Below are positions 19,143-29,043 of a stretch of 64,000 nucleotides of DNA, in pieces. The stretch lies in contig JACRCL010000032.1 of assembly GCA_016219015.1 (NCBI GenBank), positions 26,588 to 90,587 on the forward strand, written 5' to 3'. Both the position numbers and the translations under genes were made by a program. This DNA comes from Deltaproteobacteria bacterium (GTDB lineage Bacteria; Desulfobacterota; GWC2-55-46). Below the pieces are notes generated by a model. That model had not been told where the DNA came from. It saw only the letters and a list, made by a program, of their open reading frames with translations, and searched no databases. The number at the start of each line of letters is the position of its first letter. Position 1 is the stretch's first letter.

Positions 19143-20375
19143 ATGGCCGATGATTACATTCAGGGGCTTTTTGCCGAAAGGATAGGCGGGGCCTCCTTTG
19201 GGAAATCGACCAAGGTCTACAAGTTCGAGAAGATAAAGAGGGCGAAGGCCGAGGCGAAAAAGAAGAACCCCAACGTCGAGCTATTGGACTTCGGAGTGGG
19301 CGAGCCTGACGAGATGGCGTTCCCGCTTGTCGTCGAGGCCCTGAGGCTCGAGTGCGCCAAGCCCGAGAACAGGGGCTATTCAGATAACGGCATCGTAGAG
19401 CTCAAGGAGGCCGCGGCAAGGTACCTTGAGAAGGTATACGGTGTAGCCGGCATAGACCCGGCCAAAGAGGTCATCCACTCGATAGGCTCGAAGCCCGCGC
19501 TCGCGATGCTGCCGGACGCGTTCATAAACCACGGCGACGCCGTGCTCATGACAGTTCCGGGCTACCCGATACTCGCGACCCACACCGAGTGGAACGGCGG
19601 GAAGGTCATAAAGCTCCCCTTGAAAGAGGAGAACGGTTTCCTCCCTGACCTCGATAGCGTCCCCGAAAAGGACCTGAAGGCCGTAAAGCTATTGTACCTC
19701 AATTACCCGAATAACCCCACGGGCGCCACCGCCACGCCGGAGTTCTTCGGCAAGGTCGTCGAGTTCGCGAAGAAGAACAGGATAATAGTCGTGCATGACG
19801 CCGCTTACGCGGCCCTTTCCTTCGAGGGCAAGCCGTTGAGCTTCCTTTCCATCGAAGGCGCGAAGGACGTAGGAATAGAGATACACTCGTTCTCGAAGGC
19901 CTTCAACATGACCGGGTGGAGGCTCGCCTTCGTTGCGGGTAACGAAAAGGTCGTAGCGGCCTACGGCAACGTCAAGGACAATTTCGACTCCGGCCAGTTC
20001 ATAGCCATACAGAAGGCGGGCATACACGCCCTCGACCATCCGGAGATAACGGAGAAAATATCGGCCAAGTACAAAAGAAGGCTTAAGCTCATGGTAGACG
20101 CCCTGAACGCCTGCGGCTTTTCCGCCGCCATGCCCAAAGGGTCGTTTTACCTCTACGCCGGAGCGCCGAAGAAGGCGAAGGGCGTGAAGTTCGGCAGCGC
20201 CGAGGACGTCTCCGAGTACCTTATAAAGGAGGCGCAGATATCCACGGTGCCGTGGGACGACGTGGGCAGGTACTTGAGGTTCTCGGCGACCTTCGCGGCA
20301 AAGGACACGCAGGACGAGTACAGGGTCATAGAGGAGATGCAGAAGAGGCTGAAGGCCCTTGAGCTTGAGTTCTGA
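19143..20375 (+). CDS. dapL: LL-diaminopimelate aminotransferase
   Basis: PLP class I motifs NYPNNPTG, DAAY, HSFSKAFNMTGWR; GSKPALA. Confidence 0.8.
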   Translation: MADDYIQGLFAERIGGASFGKSTKVYKFEKIKRAKAEAKKKNPNVELLDFGVGEPDEMAFPLVVEALRLECAKPENRGYSDNGIVELKEAAARYLEKVYGVAGIDPAKEVIHSIGSKPALAMLPDAFINHGDAVLMTVPGYPILATHTEWNGGKVIKLPLKEENGFLPDLDSVPEKDLKAVKLLYLNYPNNPTGATATPEFFGKVVEFAKKNRIIVVHDAAYAALSFEGKPLSFLSIEGAKDVGIEIHSFSKAFNMTGWRLAFVAGNEKVVAAYGNVKDNFDSGQFIAIQKAGIHALDHPEITEKISAKYKRRLKLMVDALNACGFSAAMPKGSFYLYAGAPKKAKGVKFGSAEDVSEYLIKEAQISTVPWDDVGRYLRFSATFAAKDTQDEYRVIEEMQKRLKALELEF

Positions 20376-20413
20376 GATCGTACCTTTAACAATTGACAGC
20401 CGCTGGAAACTTT

Positions 20414-20570
20414 GGAATTTCTGATTAATTCGCAGCCGCATGTCATTCTGAGCGTGTGAGCCGAAGCCCTGAGCGAAGCGAAGGGGAAGAATCTCATGGT
20501 AAAAAAAATCAGCAGTTACGAGATTCTTCGGTCGCTCCGCTCCTTCAGAATGACGGAAGCAGCCTGCTAA
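20414..20570. mobile_element. Hybrid MITE: IS5-like left end, core B, family-A right end
   Basis: GGAATTTCTGATTAATT start; 20441-20554 is the reverse complement of 541-654; ends GCAGCCTGCTAA. Confidence 0.8.
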
Positions 20571-20574
20571 AGCC

Positions 20575-21063
20575 ATGCTCCAGAAGGCATTCATCTCCAT
20601 AGGCTCCAACAAGGGCGGCAGGATCGACAACTGCCGGACGGCCGTCTGGCTCGTCGGCTCCGGCAGGAAGACCTTTGTCGTAAAGAAAAGCTCCTTTTAC
20701 GAGACCGAGCCCTGGGGCAACCCGGACCAGCCCCCTTTCATAAACGCAGTAATAGAGGTAAGGACGGAGCTTGGGCCGAGGGAGCTTCTCGGGCTTTTGA
20801 AGTCAATAGAGCGGAAGATGGGCAGGACCCCGTCGGTCCCGCTGGGGCCGAGGGTGATAGACCTCGACATAATATTCTACGGGCAGGCCGTCATAAACGA
20901 AAGAGGGCTAAAGGTGCCGCACCCGCAAGCTGGTGAGCGCGCGTTCGTCCTCCTGCCCCTGAACGAGATAGCCCCGGAGTTCGTCCATCCCTCGCTGAAA
21001 AAAAAGGTCTTTGAGCTGGCCGCCTCGCTCAAGGACACGGGCGGGATAAAGAGACTTGTCTGA
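20575..21063 (+). CDS. folK: 2-amino-4-hydroxy-6-hydroxymethyldihydropteridine diphosphokinase
   Basis: SIGSN, YETEPWG, GPRVIDLDI, PHP, RAFVLLPL. Confidence 0.93.
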   Translation: MLQKAFISIGSNKGGRIDNCRTAVWLVGSGRKTFVVKKSSFYETEPWGNPDQPPFINAVIEVRTELGPRELLGLLKSIERKMGRTPSVPLGPRVIDLDIIFYGQAVINERGLKVPHPQAGERAFVLLPLNEIAPEFVHPSLKKKVFELAASLKDTGGIKRLV

Positions 21064-21066
21064 AAT

Positions 21067-21321
21067 ATGAAGCCGGTAATCGTACTCCTCGCCATATTCT
21101 TCCTCATCTCTATCCTGAGGAAAAGGTCGAAGCCCCTGCGGAAGCCGCGCCCCGGTTCTGACGAAGCCCGGCCCAAAAGGGACGGCGAGGAGATGGTCTT
21201 CGACACGGTCTGCAACAGCTACATACCGGTAAGCTCGGCGATAAGCCTCAAGGTGGACGGGGAGCTTGAATATTTCTGCTCGGAAGAATGCAGGGAGAAG
21301 TTCAGGCAGGGGAAGGCTTGA
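21067..21321 (+). CDS. Small membrane-anchored YHS/TRASH-like (PP0621-type) protein
   Basis: N-terminal TM; EMVFDTVCNSYIP and YFCSEEC. Confidence 0.75.
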   Translation: MKPVIVLLAIFFLISILRKRSKPLRKPRPGSDEARPKRDGEEMVFDTVCNSYIPVSSAISLKVDGELEYFCSEECREKFRQGKA

Positions 21322-21480
21322 GGCCAGGTTTCGTATAGGACCCCCGCTCCCCGTATTCCAGCCGATCCTCCCAACTCCCCTTCAGACAGGTCCAGCCGGG
21401 CGGTAAAACTCAGTTTAGCCGGGTGGACGCAGCCGTCACATGATGGCCTTGCCGCGCCGCTTTCAGGGCGGATAAATCAG

Positions 21481-21509
21481 TTGACGGGGCGGCTATACCT
21501 TGTTATTCT
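21481..21509 (+). promoter_or_regulatory. sigma70 promoter for the aldolase operon
   Basis: TTGACG-17 nt-TATTCT with TGn extension. Confidence 0.55.
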
Positions 21510-21601
21510 ACCTAAATGTGTGTTTTCTTGGGGTTTTCCTGTGATAAAACGGTCTTTTTTATAATCCTGCAAAAATAATAGGGCTTGAAAAGGAGGAATT
21601 T

Positions 21602-22402
21602 ATGGACTGGGGCATGAAAAACCGGCTTTCAAAGATAATCCGTCCTGAAACAGGCAGGACCGTCATGCTCGCGGTAGACCACGGCTATTTCCTCGGGCCG
21701 ACCACGGGCCTTGAGGAGCCGGGCAAGACCGTCGAACCGCTTCTTCAGTACGCCGATACCCTCATGCTCACCAGGGGCGTATTAAGGTCGTGCATGGACG
21801 CCTCGAAGAACGTGCCCATAGTCTTAAGGGTTTCCGGGGGCACGAGCATCTTAGGCAACCTCGCCGACGAGGGGACGACGGTCTCGATGAGGGACGCGCT
21901 CCGTCTTAACGTCTCCGGGGTGGCCATGTCGATATTCGTAGGCTCGGAGCTTGAGAGGAAGAGCCTTTTGGCCCTCGCGGACCTCATAAACGAGGCAGAG
22001 GAGTTCGGCGTGCCGGTACTGGCGGTCACGGCCGTGGGCAAGGAGATGGCGAGGGACGCGAGGTACCTTGGGCTCGCGTGCAGGATAGCGGCCGAGCTCG
22101 GCGCCCATGTCGTCAAGACATACTACTGCGAGGAGTTCGAGAAGGTCGTCAAGAACTGCCCCGTGCCCATAGTCATAGCCGGAGGGAAGAAGATACCGGA
22201 AAGGGAAGCCATAGAGCTTTCGTACAACGCTGTCAGGAGGGGGGCGGTGGGCGTGGACATGGGAAGGAACATCTTCCAGTCCGAGCACCCGGTGGCCATG
22301 ATAAGGACCGTGCGCGAGATAGTCCACAAGGACCTCGCCCCGGACAAAGCCTGGGACCTTTTCAATACGCTCGCGCGTGAAAAAGGCAAGGCGTTCGCGT
22401 AA
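21602..22402 (+). CDS. lsrF: LsrF/DhnA-family class I aldolase or thiolase
   Basis: MDWGMKNRL, AVDHGYFLGPTTGLE, VKTYY, GVDMGRNIFQ. Confidence 0.85.
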   Translation: MDWGMKNRLSKIIRPETGRTVMLAVDHGYFLGPTTGLEEPGKTVEPLLQYADTLMLTRGVLRSCMDASKNVPIVLRVSGGTSILGNLADEGTTVSMRDALRLNVSGVAMSIFVGSELERKSLLALADLINEAEEFGVPVLAVTAVGKEMARDARYLGLACRIAAELGAHVVKTYYCEEFEKVVKNCPVPIVIAGGKKIPEREAIELSYNAVRRGAVGVDMGRNIFQSEHPVAMIRTVREIVHKDLAPDKAWDLFNTLAREKGKAFA

Positions 22403-22412
22403 GGAGGGGCGC

Positions 22413-23438
22413 TTGAGGGCGGCATTTTATTACAACAATAACGACGTCCGCGTGCAGGAGGTCGCCACCCCCAGAATAGGCAACGGGGAGCTTCTGGTCA
22501 AGATAGAAGCGAGCGGCATCTGCGGCAGCGACGTCATGGAGTGGTACCGGATAAAGAAGGCCCCGCTCGTGCTCGGCCATGAGATAGCCGGGACAATCGT
22601 CGAAGCCGGCGCGGACGTAAAGAGGTTCAAGGCGGGCGACCGCGTGACCGTGGCGCACCACGTGCCGTGCAACACCTGCAGGTTCTGCCTCGCCGGGAAC
22701 CATTCGGTATGCGACACGCTCCGCGCCACGAACTTCGACCCCGGCGGGTTCGCGGAGTTCGTCCGAGTCCCTTCCATAAACGTCGACAGGGGCGTGTTCA
22801 AGCTCCCGGATGCCATGACCTTCGACGAGGGGACGTTCTCAGAGCCCCTCGGGTGCGTGGTAAGGGGCCTCCGTGCCGCGGGGATGGAGCCGGGCAAGAC
22901 CGTGCTCGTCATAGGTAGCGGCATGGCGGGTTTGCTGAACATAAGGCTGGCGAAGGCGCTCGGCGCGGGCTTGGTTGTGGCCACGGACATAAACGGCTTC
23001 AGGCTCGAGGCCGCGAAAAGGTCGGGGGCCGATACGGTTTTGAAGGCTGACAGCGACGTGCCCGCCCTCGTTAAAGAGGCCCTCGGAGGGAGGCTGGCGG
23101 ATATAGTAGTCATCTGCGCCGCTGTAGACCCCGCGATAGCGCAGGGCTTGAAGAGCGTCGAGAGGGGCGGGACCGTCCTTTTTTTCGCTCCAAAGGAGCC
23201 GGGGGCGGCCTACCCGATGCCGCTTTTCGAGCTGTGGCGCGACAACATCACAATCGTCAACTCGTACGCCGCTCCCCCGTCCGACACCCTGGTGGCGCTT
23301 GACCTCATAGAAAGCGGGAGGGTGAAGGTAGCCGACCTCGTCACGCACAGGCTGCCTTTAAAGGATATCCAGGAGGGTTTCAGGCTCGCCGCCGGCGCGG
23401 GGGAGTCGATAAAGGTCGTTATCGAGCCGCATAGATAG
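22413..23438 (+). CDS. Zn-dependent alcohol/polyol dehydrogenase
   Basis: GICGSD, GHE, CNTCRFC...C, GSGMAG; TTG start after AAGGAGG. Confidence 0.9.
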   Translation: MRAAFYYNNNDVRVQEVATPRIGNGELLVKIEASGICGSDVMEWYRIKKAPLVLGHEIAGTIVEAGADVKRFKAGDRVTVAHHVPCNTCRFCLAGNHSVCDTLRATNFDPGGFAEFVRVPSINVDRGVFKLPDAMTFDEGTFSEPLGCVVRGLRAAGMEPGKTVLVIGSGMAGLLNIRLAKALGAGLVVATDINGFRLEAAKRSGADTVLKADSDVPALVKEALGGRLADIVVICAAVDPAIAQGLKSVERGGTVLFFAPKEPGAAYPMPLFELWRDNITIVNSYAAPPSDTLVALDLIESGRVKVADLVTHRLPLKDIQEGFRLAAGAGESIKVVIEPHR

Positions 23439-23456
23439 TGATTTAATGGAGGAGCG

Positions 23457-24347
23457 TTGAAAAAGGTCGGGCTTGTCGTAAAGGTCAGCAACCCCGAGGC
23501 CATAAAGCTGGCCGACGAGATAGCCGGATGGGTCACTGAAAGGGGAGGGGAGGTCTTCGCGGACAGGACGCTTGCGGGCATGGTCAGGCTCGGCCTTGCC
23601 GGGGTGCCCGTAAACATCGTAGCCCCGGAGAAGTTCCCGGACTCCATAGAGCTTTTGATAGTGCTCGGCGGCGACGGCACGATGCTCCACGCCGCGAGGC
23701 TCCTTGACGGCAGGAAGGTCCCGATACTCGGAGTAAACCTCGGGAGCCTCGGCTTCCTTACGGCCATCACCGTCAAAGAGGTCTTCCCGCTGCTCGAACG
23801 GATATTCAGGGGCGACTGCGTCGTGGAAGAGAGGATGACGCTCTCGGTGGAGCTTAAGAGGAAGGACGGGGGCGTGATGAAGCACACGGTCTTGAACGAC
23901 GCCGTCATAAAGGGCGAGGCCGCCCGGCTCGTGAGGCTGGAGACCCGCATCAACATGGAATACGTGAACACCTACAGGGCGGACGGCCTTATCGTTGCCA
24001 CCCCGACGGGCTCGACCGCGTATTCCCTCTCGGCCAACGGGCCGATACTCTACCCGACCATACACTCGATAATCGTTGCGCCCATCTGCCCGTTCAACCT
24101 GACCAACAGGCCCGTCGTCATACCCGACTGGATGACCGTGGACGTGACCGTGAGCCCGGACCAGGCGAACGTGGAGCTGATACTCGACGGGCAGGTCGAG
24201 GTGCCGCTTGAAAGCGGGGACATGGTAAGGATAAAGAGGGCGCAGGCGAGCGTATACCTGATCAAGTATGAAGGCAAGAGCTATTTTGATATACTCAGGG
24301 AAAGGCTCATGTGGGAGGTAAAGACCAACAGGAGCGGCAAGGCTTAG
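23457..24347 (+). CDS. nadK: NAD kinase
   Basis: LGGDGT, GSLGFL, TPTGSTAYSLSANGP. Confidence 0.95.
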   Translation: MKKVGLVVKVSNPEAIKLADEIAGWVTERGGEVFADRTLAGMVRLGLAGVPVNIVAPEKFPDSIELLIVLGGDGTMLHAARLLDGRKVPILGVNLGSLGFLTAITVKEVFPLLERIFRGDCVVEERMTLSVELKRKDGGVMKHTVLNDAVIKGEAARLVRLETRINMEYVNTYRADGLIVATPTGSTAYSLSANGPILYPTIHSIIVAPICPFNLTNRPVVIPDWMTVDVTVSPDQANVELILDGQVEVPLESGDMVRIKRAQASVYLIKYEGKSYFDILRERLMWEVKTNRSGKA

Positions 24348-24369
24348 CAGGCTGCTGAAAAAGTCCATC
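24348..24369 (+). repeat. Solo family-A TIR abutting the nadK stop
   Basis: TTAG-CAGGCTGCTGAAAAAGTCCATC. Confidence 0.7.
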
Positions 24370-24401
24370 GGCTAACAGCGGTTTTTTCTATTTTTTAAAC
24401 T

Positions 24402-26117
24402 ATGCTCTTAGAACTCAGGATCAAAGACTTCGCTATAATAGAGGGCCTGAACGTCTCCTTCGGCCCTGGGCTCAATATATTTACCGGGGAGACAGGGGCG
24501 GGCAAGAGCATTATCCTCGACGCCATAGCCCTCATACTCGGCGACCGCGCGTCGAACGACATAATAAGGGCCAATAAGGACGAGGCGCAGGTCGAGGCCC
24601 TCTTCGACATCACCGGGAACAGGAACCTCGGCAACGTCCTTAAAGAGGCGGGCATCGAGGCTGCAAAAGAGCTTGTCATAAAAAGGGTCATCCAGAAGGC
24701 CGGAAGGAACAGGATATACATAAACGGCGGGCTCGCCACCCTCGTCACTCTTACCGAGGTCGGAAGACGCCTCATAGACATATACGGCCAGAGCGAGCAC
24801 CAGTCCCTTACCAGGCCCGAGGAGCACGTCGAGGTGCTCGACGCGTTCGGGGACTTCGGCAAGCTGAGGGACTATATGGCCGAGTGCCACAGGGCCTACG
24901 CATCGATTAAGAAGGAATATGATTCACTCACCAGCGACTCAAAAAGCTCGGAGGAAAAAAGGGAACTGCTTGCCTTCCAGCTCAAGGAGATAGAGGACGC
25001 GGCAATCTCCCCGGGTGAGGACGCGGAGCTTAAGAAGTTGAAGGAGAAGCTCCAGAACTCCGAGAAGATAAAGGCCGTGACCGCCGAGGCCGAGAGAGGG
25101 CTTTATTCTGACCCCGGGTCGGTGATAGAAAGGCTCGGCGGCATGATCAAGGCGCTGAAGGAGATGGCGAAGGTGGACGACAAGCTCGCCAAAACAGCCG
25201 ACGCCCTTGAGGCGAGCCTCTTCCAGCTCGAGGACTCCGAAAGGTTCCTCCGCGATTACTCGGATTCGATCGAGGCCGACCCCGAGGCCCTTGAAAAGGT
25301 CGCTGGCAGGCTCGACCACGTCATAAAGATAAAGAGGAAGTACGGCCCGGAGATAGAGGACGTATTGGGCAGGAAGGCCTCCTTTGAAAAAGAGCTGAAG
25401 AATCTATCCAATTTCGAGGAGAGGCTCAAGGCGCTCGACTCATCCGTAAAGGCGGCGAGGGAAAAGGCGGCCACGGCCGCAAATAACCTCTCCGAGGCGC
25501 GCAAGGCCGCGGCAAGGGAGTTCGAGGCGAAGGTGCAGGAAGAGCTCGCTACCCTCGGCATGAAGGGCTCGGTCTTCGAGGTCGCCATAGACGCCGAGAA
25601 AAACCCGGACGGCTCGCCGCGTTTCGGCGAGAAGGGCTCCGACAGGGTAAGTTTTTTCATCTCGACCAACCCCGGCGAAGGGATAAAGCCCCTGGCGCGC
25701 ATAGCATCGGGCGGGGAACTGTCGAGGATAATGCTGTCGATGAAGAGCGTAACGGCCTCCGGCAGGGTGCCGACGCTCATATTCGACGAGATAGACAACG
25801 GGGTCGGCGGCGCCATGGCGCAGGTCGTGGGGATGAAGCTCAAGGAGGTGGCGAGGTCGAACCAGGTTCTCGCCATAACGCACCTGCCGCAGGTGGCCGC
25901 CTTCGCCGACAGGCATTACAATGTTGCGAAGCAGGCACAGAGCGGAAGGACCGTCACGTCGGTAAGAGAGCTCTCAAAGGAAGAAAGCGTCGAGCATATC
26001 TCGTTTATGCTCGGCGGCATGAAGGTCACGGACACTTCGAGGAAGCAGGCCATGGAGCTGATGGAAGCCGCCAGGTCGCTGTCGGCGGGTAAAACATCGG
26101 CCCGGAAAGGCAAGTGA
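24402..26117 (+). CDS. recN: DNA repair protein RecN
   Basis: TGETGAGKS, ASGGELSR, FDEID, ITHLPQVAA. Confidence 0.96.
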   Translation: MLLELRIKDFAIIEGLNVSFGPGLNIFTGETGAGKSIILDAIALILGDRASNDIIRANKDEAQVEALFDITGNRNLGNVLKEAGIEAAKELVIKRVIQKAGRNRIYINGGLATLVTLTEVGRRLIDIYGQSEHQSLTRPEEHVEVLDAFGDFGKLRDYMAECHRAYASIKKEYDSLTSDSKSSEEKRELLAFQLKEIEDAAISPGEDAELKKLKEKLQNSEKIKAVTAEAERGLYSDPGSVIERLGGMIKALKEMAKVDDKLAKTADALEASLFQLEDSERFLRDYSDSIEADPEALEKVAGRLDHVIKIKRKYGPEIEDVLGRKASFEKELKNLSNFEERLKALDSSVKAAREKAATAANNLSEARKAAAREFEAKVQEELATLGMKGSVFEVAIDAEKNPDGSPRFGEKGSDRVSFFISTNPGEGIKPLARIASGGELSRIMLSMKSVTASGRVPTLIFDEIDNGVGGAMAQVVGMKLKEVARSNQVLAITHLPQVAAFADRHYNVAKQAQSGRTVTSVRELSKEESVEHISFMLGGMKVTDTSRKQAMELMEAARSLSAGKTSARKGK

Positions 26118-26124
26118 GGCAGAG

Positions 26125-26622
26125 TTGGTAAGAAAGGCCGTACTGAACGACGCCGCGTCGATATACGAGATAGTGGAGTCGTTCTCAAAAAAAGGGTTGA
26201 TGCTGCACCGTCCCCTGAACGACATACACGACAGCATCCGGGACTTCTTCGTGTGCGAGGCGGACGGCGGCATAATAGGCGCGGCCGCCCTGCACATAAG
26301 CTCCGAGGACATGGGCGAGATAAGGTCCCTGGCGGTCAGGGAGGGGCATACGAGAAAGGGCTTCGGCACAAAGCTCGTCACCGCCTGCCTCGATGAGGCG
26401 AGAGGGCTGGGTTTGAAGAAGGTATTCGCCCTTACGTACAAGCCGGGCTTTTTCCAGAAGCTGAACTTCAGGATAGTGAACAAGGAGGTACTCCCCCACA
26501 AGATATGGGGCGACTGCATAAGGTGCATAAAGTTCCCGAACTGCGACGAGAACGCCGTCCTTATAGAGCTTGGCGAAAGGCCGCCAAAGCCGGGGACCGG
26601 CGATAAGAAAGGCGAGAATTGA
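26125..26622 (+). CDS. Short GNAT N-acetyltransferase (probable amino-acid N-acetyltransferase, ArgA-like)
   Basis: EIRSLAV, GFGTKLV, LPHKIWGDCIRCIKFPNCDE. Confidence 0.75.
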   Translation: MVRKAVLNDAASIYEIVESFSKKGLMLHRPLNDIHDSIRDFFVCEADGGIIGAAALHISSEDMGEIRSLAVREGHTRKGFGTKLVTACLDEARGLGLKKVFALTYKPGFFQKLNFRIVNKEVLPHKIWGDCIRCIKFPNCDENAVLIELGERPPKPGTGDKKGEN

Positions 26623-27977
26623 AAGAAAAGGTGGAAGGCTCCGAAAAGGTAATAGGTCCGCTCAGGCGCCTGCTCAAGGGCAGGGCCGGCGCCTACGAGA
26701 TATTCTATTCCGTTGATACAGGCTTCGGCGTGGAGGCCAAGGACGCACGCGTGGATTCCCTGAAGCTACGCTCGAACGAAGGCGTGGGCCTCCGCACCAT
26801 ATCCGGCGGTAGGCAGGGCTTCGGTTTCTCAAGCGTCCTTACCGAAGACGCGCTCGAGGACCTTGTTAAAAAGACCATAGGCGGGTCCGCGGAAGCCGCC
26901 AAAGACGAGTTCCTCTCCTTCCCCGGCCCGGCTGAAAAGGCCGCCTCCGAGGAGGCGCTGAGGCTTTACGACGGCTCGTTCGAAAAGACCCCGGAGGAGG
27001 AGAAGATAAAGACCGCCCTCGACATAGAGAAGTCCGCCCGCGCCTTCGACGCCCGCGTAAAGAGAGTGAGGAAGGCGTCTTATTCCGAGTCCGTCCATTT
27101 CTCAAGGATAGTCAACTCGAACGGGGTCGACACATCACACAGGGCGACGTTCTATTCAGGGAGCGTCACCGCCGTGGCCGAAAAGGACAACGAATCCGAG
27201 ATGGGCTGGGAGATAGGCATGGGGCACGATAGAAATTCCGTCGAGCCCGGAAAGATCGGCAGGGGCGCGGCCGAAAACGCCGTACGGCTCCTGGGCGCGA
27301 GGAAATTGAAGACTATCAAATGCCCGGCCGTCATCGAAAATACCGTGGCCTGTGAGTTCCTCGAATCCCTGGCCGGGTCGTTCCTCGGGGATAACGTCAT
27401 CAAGGGCAAATCCATGCTCATCGGCAAGGCCGGGAAAAAGGTCGCCTCCGCGAAGTTGAATATCTTCGACGACGGCATTTTACCGGGCGGGTGGGCGTCT
27501 TCTTCCTTCGACGGCGAGGGCGCGGGCAGGGGGCGGACCGCTCTGCTGGAGGCCGGGGTATGCCGCGCCTTCCTGTACGACACCTACTGGGCCGCGAGGG
27601 CCAAGACGAGGTCGACGGGCAATTCCGCGAGGTCGAACTTCAAGAGCTACCCCGGCATAGGCATATCGAACCTTTATATAGAGAAGGGCGAAAAGGACGC
27701 CAAAGAACTCTTGAAGGACGTCTCGAAAGGGCTTTTCATAACCGAGGTCCTCGGGGTCCATACCATAAACCCGGTAAGCGGGGATTTTTCACTCGGCGCC
27801 TCGGGCTTCTGGGTCGAGGGAGGCGGGGCCGAATACCCCGTCAGGGGCATGGCCATTTCCGGCAACCTCCTTGACCTTTTTTCTAAAGTAGACGGCTGCG
27901 CCTCCGATATACGGTTTATCGGCTCCATCGGCGCCCCGTCTCTCCTTATTAACGAAATAGAGGCGAGCGGAACATGA
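26619..27977 (+). CDS. pmbA: TldE/PmbA family protein
   Basis: FDGEG, STGNS, SGDFSLGASG. Confidence 0.85.
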   Translation: MKEKVEGSEKVIGPLRRLLKGRAGAYEIFYSVDTGFGVEAKDARVDSLKLRSNEGVGLRTISGGRQGFGFSSVLTEDALEDLVKKTIGGSAEAAKDEFLSFPGPAEKAASEEALRLYDGSFEKTPEEEKIKTALDIEKSARAFDARVKRVRKASYSESVHFSRIVNSNGVDTSHRATFYSGSVTAVAEKDNESEMGWEIGMGHDRNSVEPGKIGRGAAENAVRLLGARKLKTIKCPAVIENTVACEFLESLAGSFLGDNVIKGKSMLIGKAGKKVASAKLNIFDDGILPGGWASSSFDGEGAGRGRTALLEAGVCRAFLYDTYWAARAKTRSTGNSARSNFKSYPGIGISNLYIEKGEKDAKELLKDVSKGLFITEVLGVHTINPVSGDFSLGASGFWVEGGGAEYPVRGMAISGNLLDLFSKVDGCASDIRFIGSIGAPSLLINEIEASGT

Positions 27978-28660
27978 CCGAGAAGACAAGAGACGAGCAG
28001 AAAAAGGAAGGCATGAAAAAGATCGAGGAGCCGCTTTCCAGAAACCCGCTCTTCAGCGGCCTTGAGGACTTCTACCTGAAGGACATCATCGGGCGCGGGG
28101 AGATAAGGTCGTGGCCCGACTCCAGCCAGATAATAATCGAGGGCGAAAGCGGGGACGCGGTATTTTTCATCCTGAACGGCAGGGTCAAGGTGACACTTTA
28201 CGGCGAGGAGGGCAGGGAGATAGTCCTTGCGATACTCAAGGAAGGCGACATGTTCGGGGAGATGTCGATAATAGACGACAAGCCCCGCTCCGCGAACGTC
28301 GAGGCCATCTCGGAGCTCGAGTGCCTCGTGGTGAGCAAGTCGGCCTTCCTCGACTACCTATCGCGCCACCACAAGGTGTACATGAGGTTCTTCGCCTACC
28401 TGACCGGCAGGCTCAGGGAGGCCACGAGGAAGATAGGAGGCCTGGCGCTCCTCGACGTCTGCGGCAGGATCGCCCATACGCTCATGGGCATGTCGAAGGC
28501 GTCGGGCGCCGAGAAGGAAGTCTCCATCGAGAGGCCGACCCATGAGGAGCTTGCCGCCATGATAGGCTCTTCCCGCGAGGTCGTGAGCAGGGCGTTGAAG
28601 AAGATGTCGCAGGAAGGCTACATAAAGATAGAAAAAGACAAGATACTTCTCTACCCGTGA
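27974..28660 (+). CDS. Crp-family cNMP-binding regulator
   Basis: FGEMS, PRSANV, THEELAAMIGSSREVVSR. Confidence 0.9.
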   Translation: MTEKTRDEQKKEGMKKIEEPLSRNPLFSGLEDFYLKDIIGRGEIRSWPDSSQIIIEGESGDAVFFILNGRVKVTLYGEEGREIVLAILKEGDMFGEMSIIDDKPRSANVEAISELECLVVSKSAFLDYLSRHHKVYMRFFAYLTGRLREATRKIGGLALLDVCGRIAHTLMGMSKASGAEKEVSIERPTHEELAAMIGSSREVVSRALKKMSQEGYIKIEKDKILLYP

Positions 28661-28943
28661 CGTGACCCCCGTCACTGTTTGCGCCCGCCCTTGTATTATA
28701 GACTGCGGGTGTTTTGAGGCGACCCGCAGAGGGACGATATAAAACTTGACTTCATGGGCGCCTTTATGCTAAGTAAGCAATCCTGACCGGCCTGAAGACC
28801 GACAGGCGCTTAAAAACTCAAAGAAGGCAGTCCGCATCAAAGCCATTCACACCCGCGGCAATCGGCCGCTCCACGCTACACCGTTTCAGATTCAAGGAAA
28901 ATTTTTCAGGACCGGTAAGGAACCACCGCTTTTTTGATCTTAA

Positions 28944-29015
28944 GGGTGCCTCTAAAAAGCAGGAATTTTTTCTGAAGTCAGAGGTCAGGGAAAAGAACAA
29001 TTTTTACAGGCAGCC
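28944..29015 (+). mobile_element. Family-C MITE, internally deleted
   Basis: GGGTGCCTCTAAAAA...TTTTTACAGGCAGCC with TTAA on both sides; matches both ends of 56897-57032. Confidence 0.85.
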
Positions 29016-29043
29016 TTAAAAAAAATGGAAGGGGGGTCGTAAA

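Noticed and set aside
28801..28940. Possible degenerate family-A end or ncRNA upstream of the M23 gene
   Set aside because: Only a weak CAGGCGCTTAAAAACTCAAA match, with no partner end or duplication
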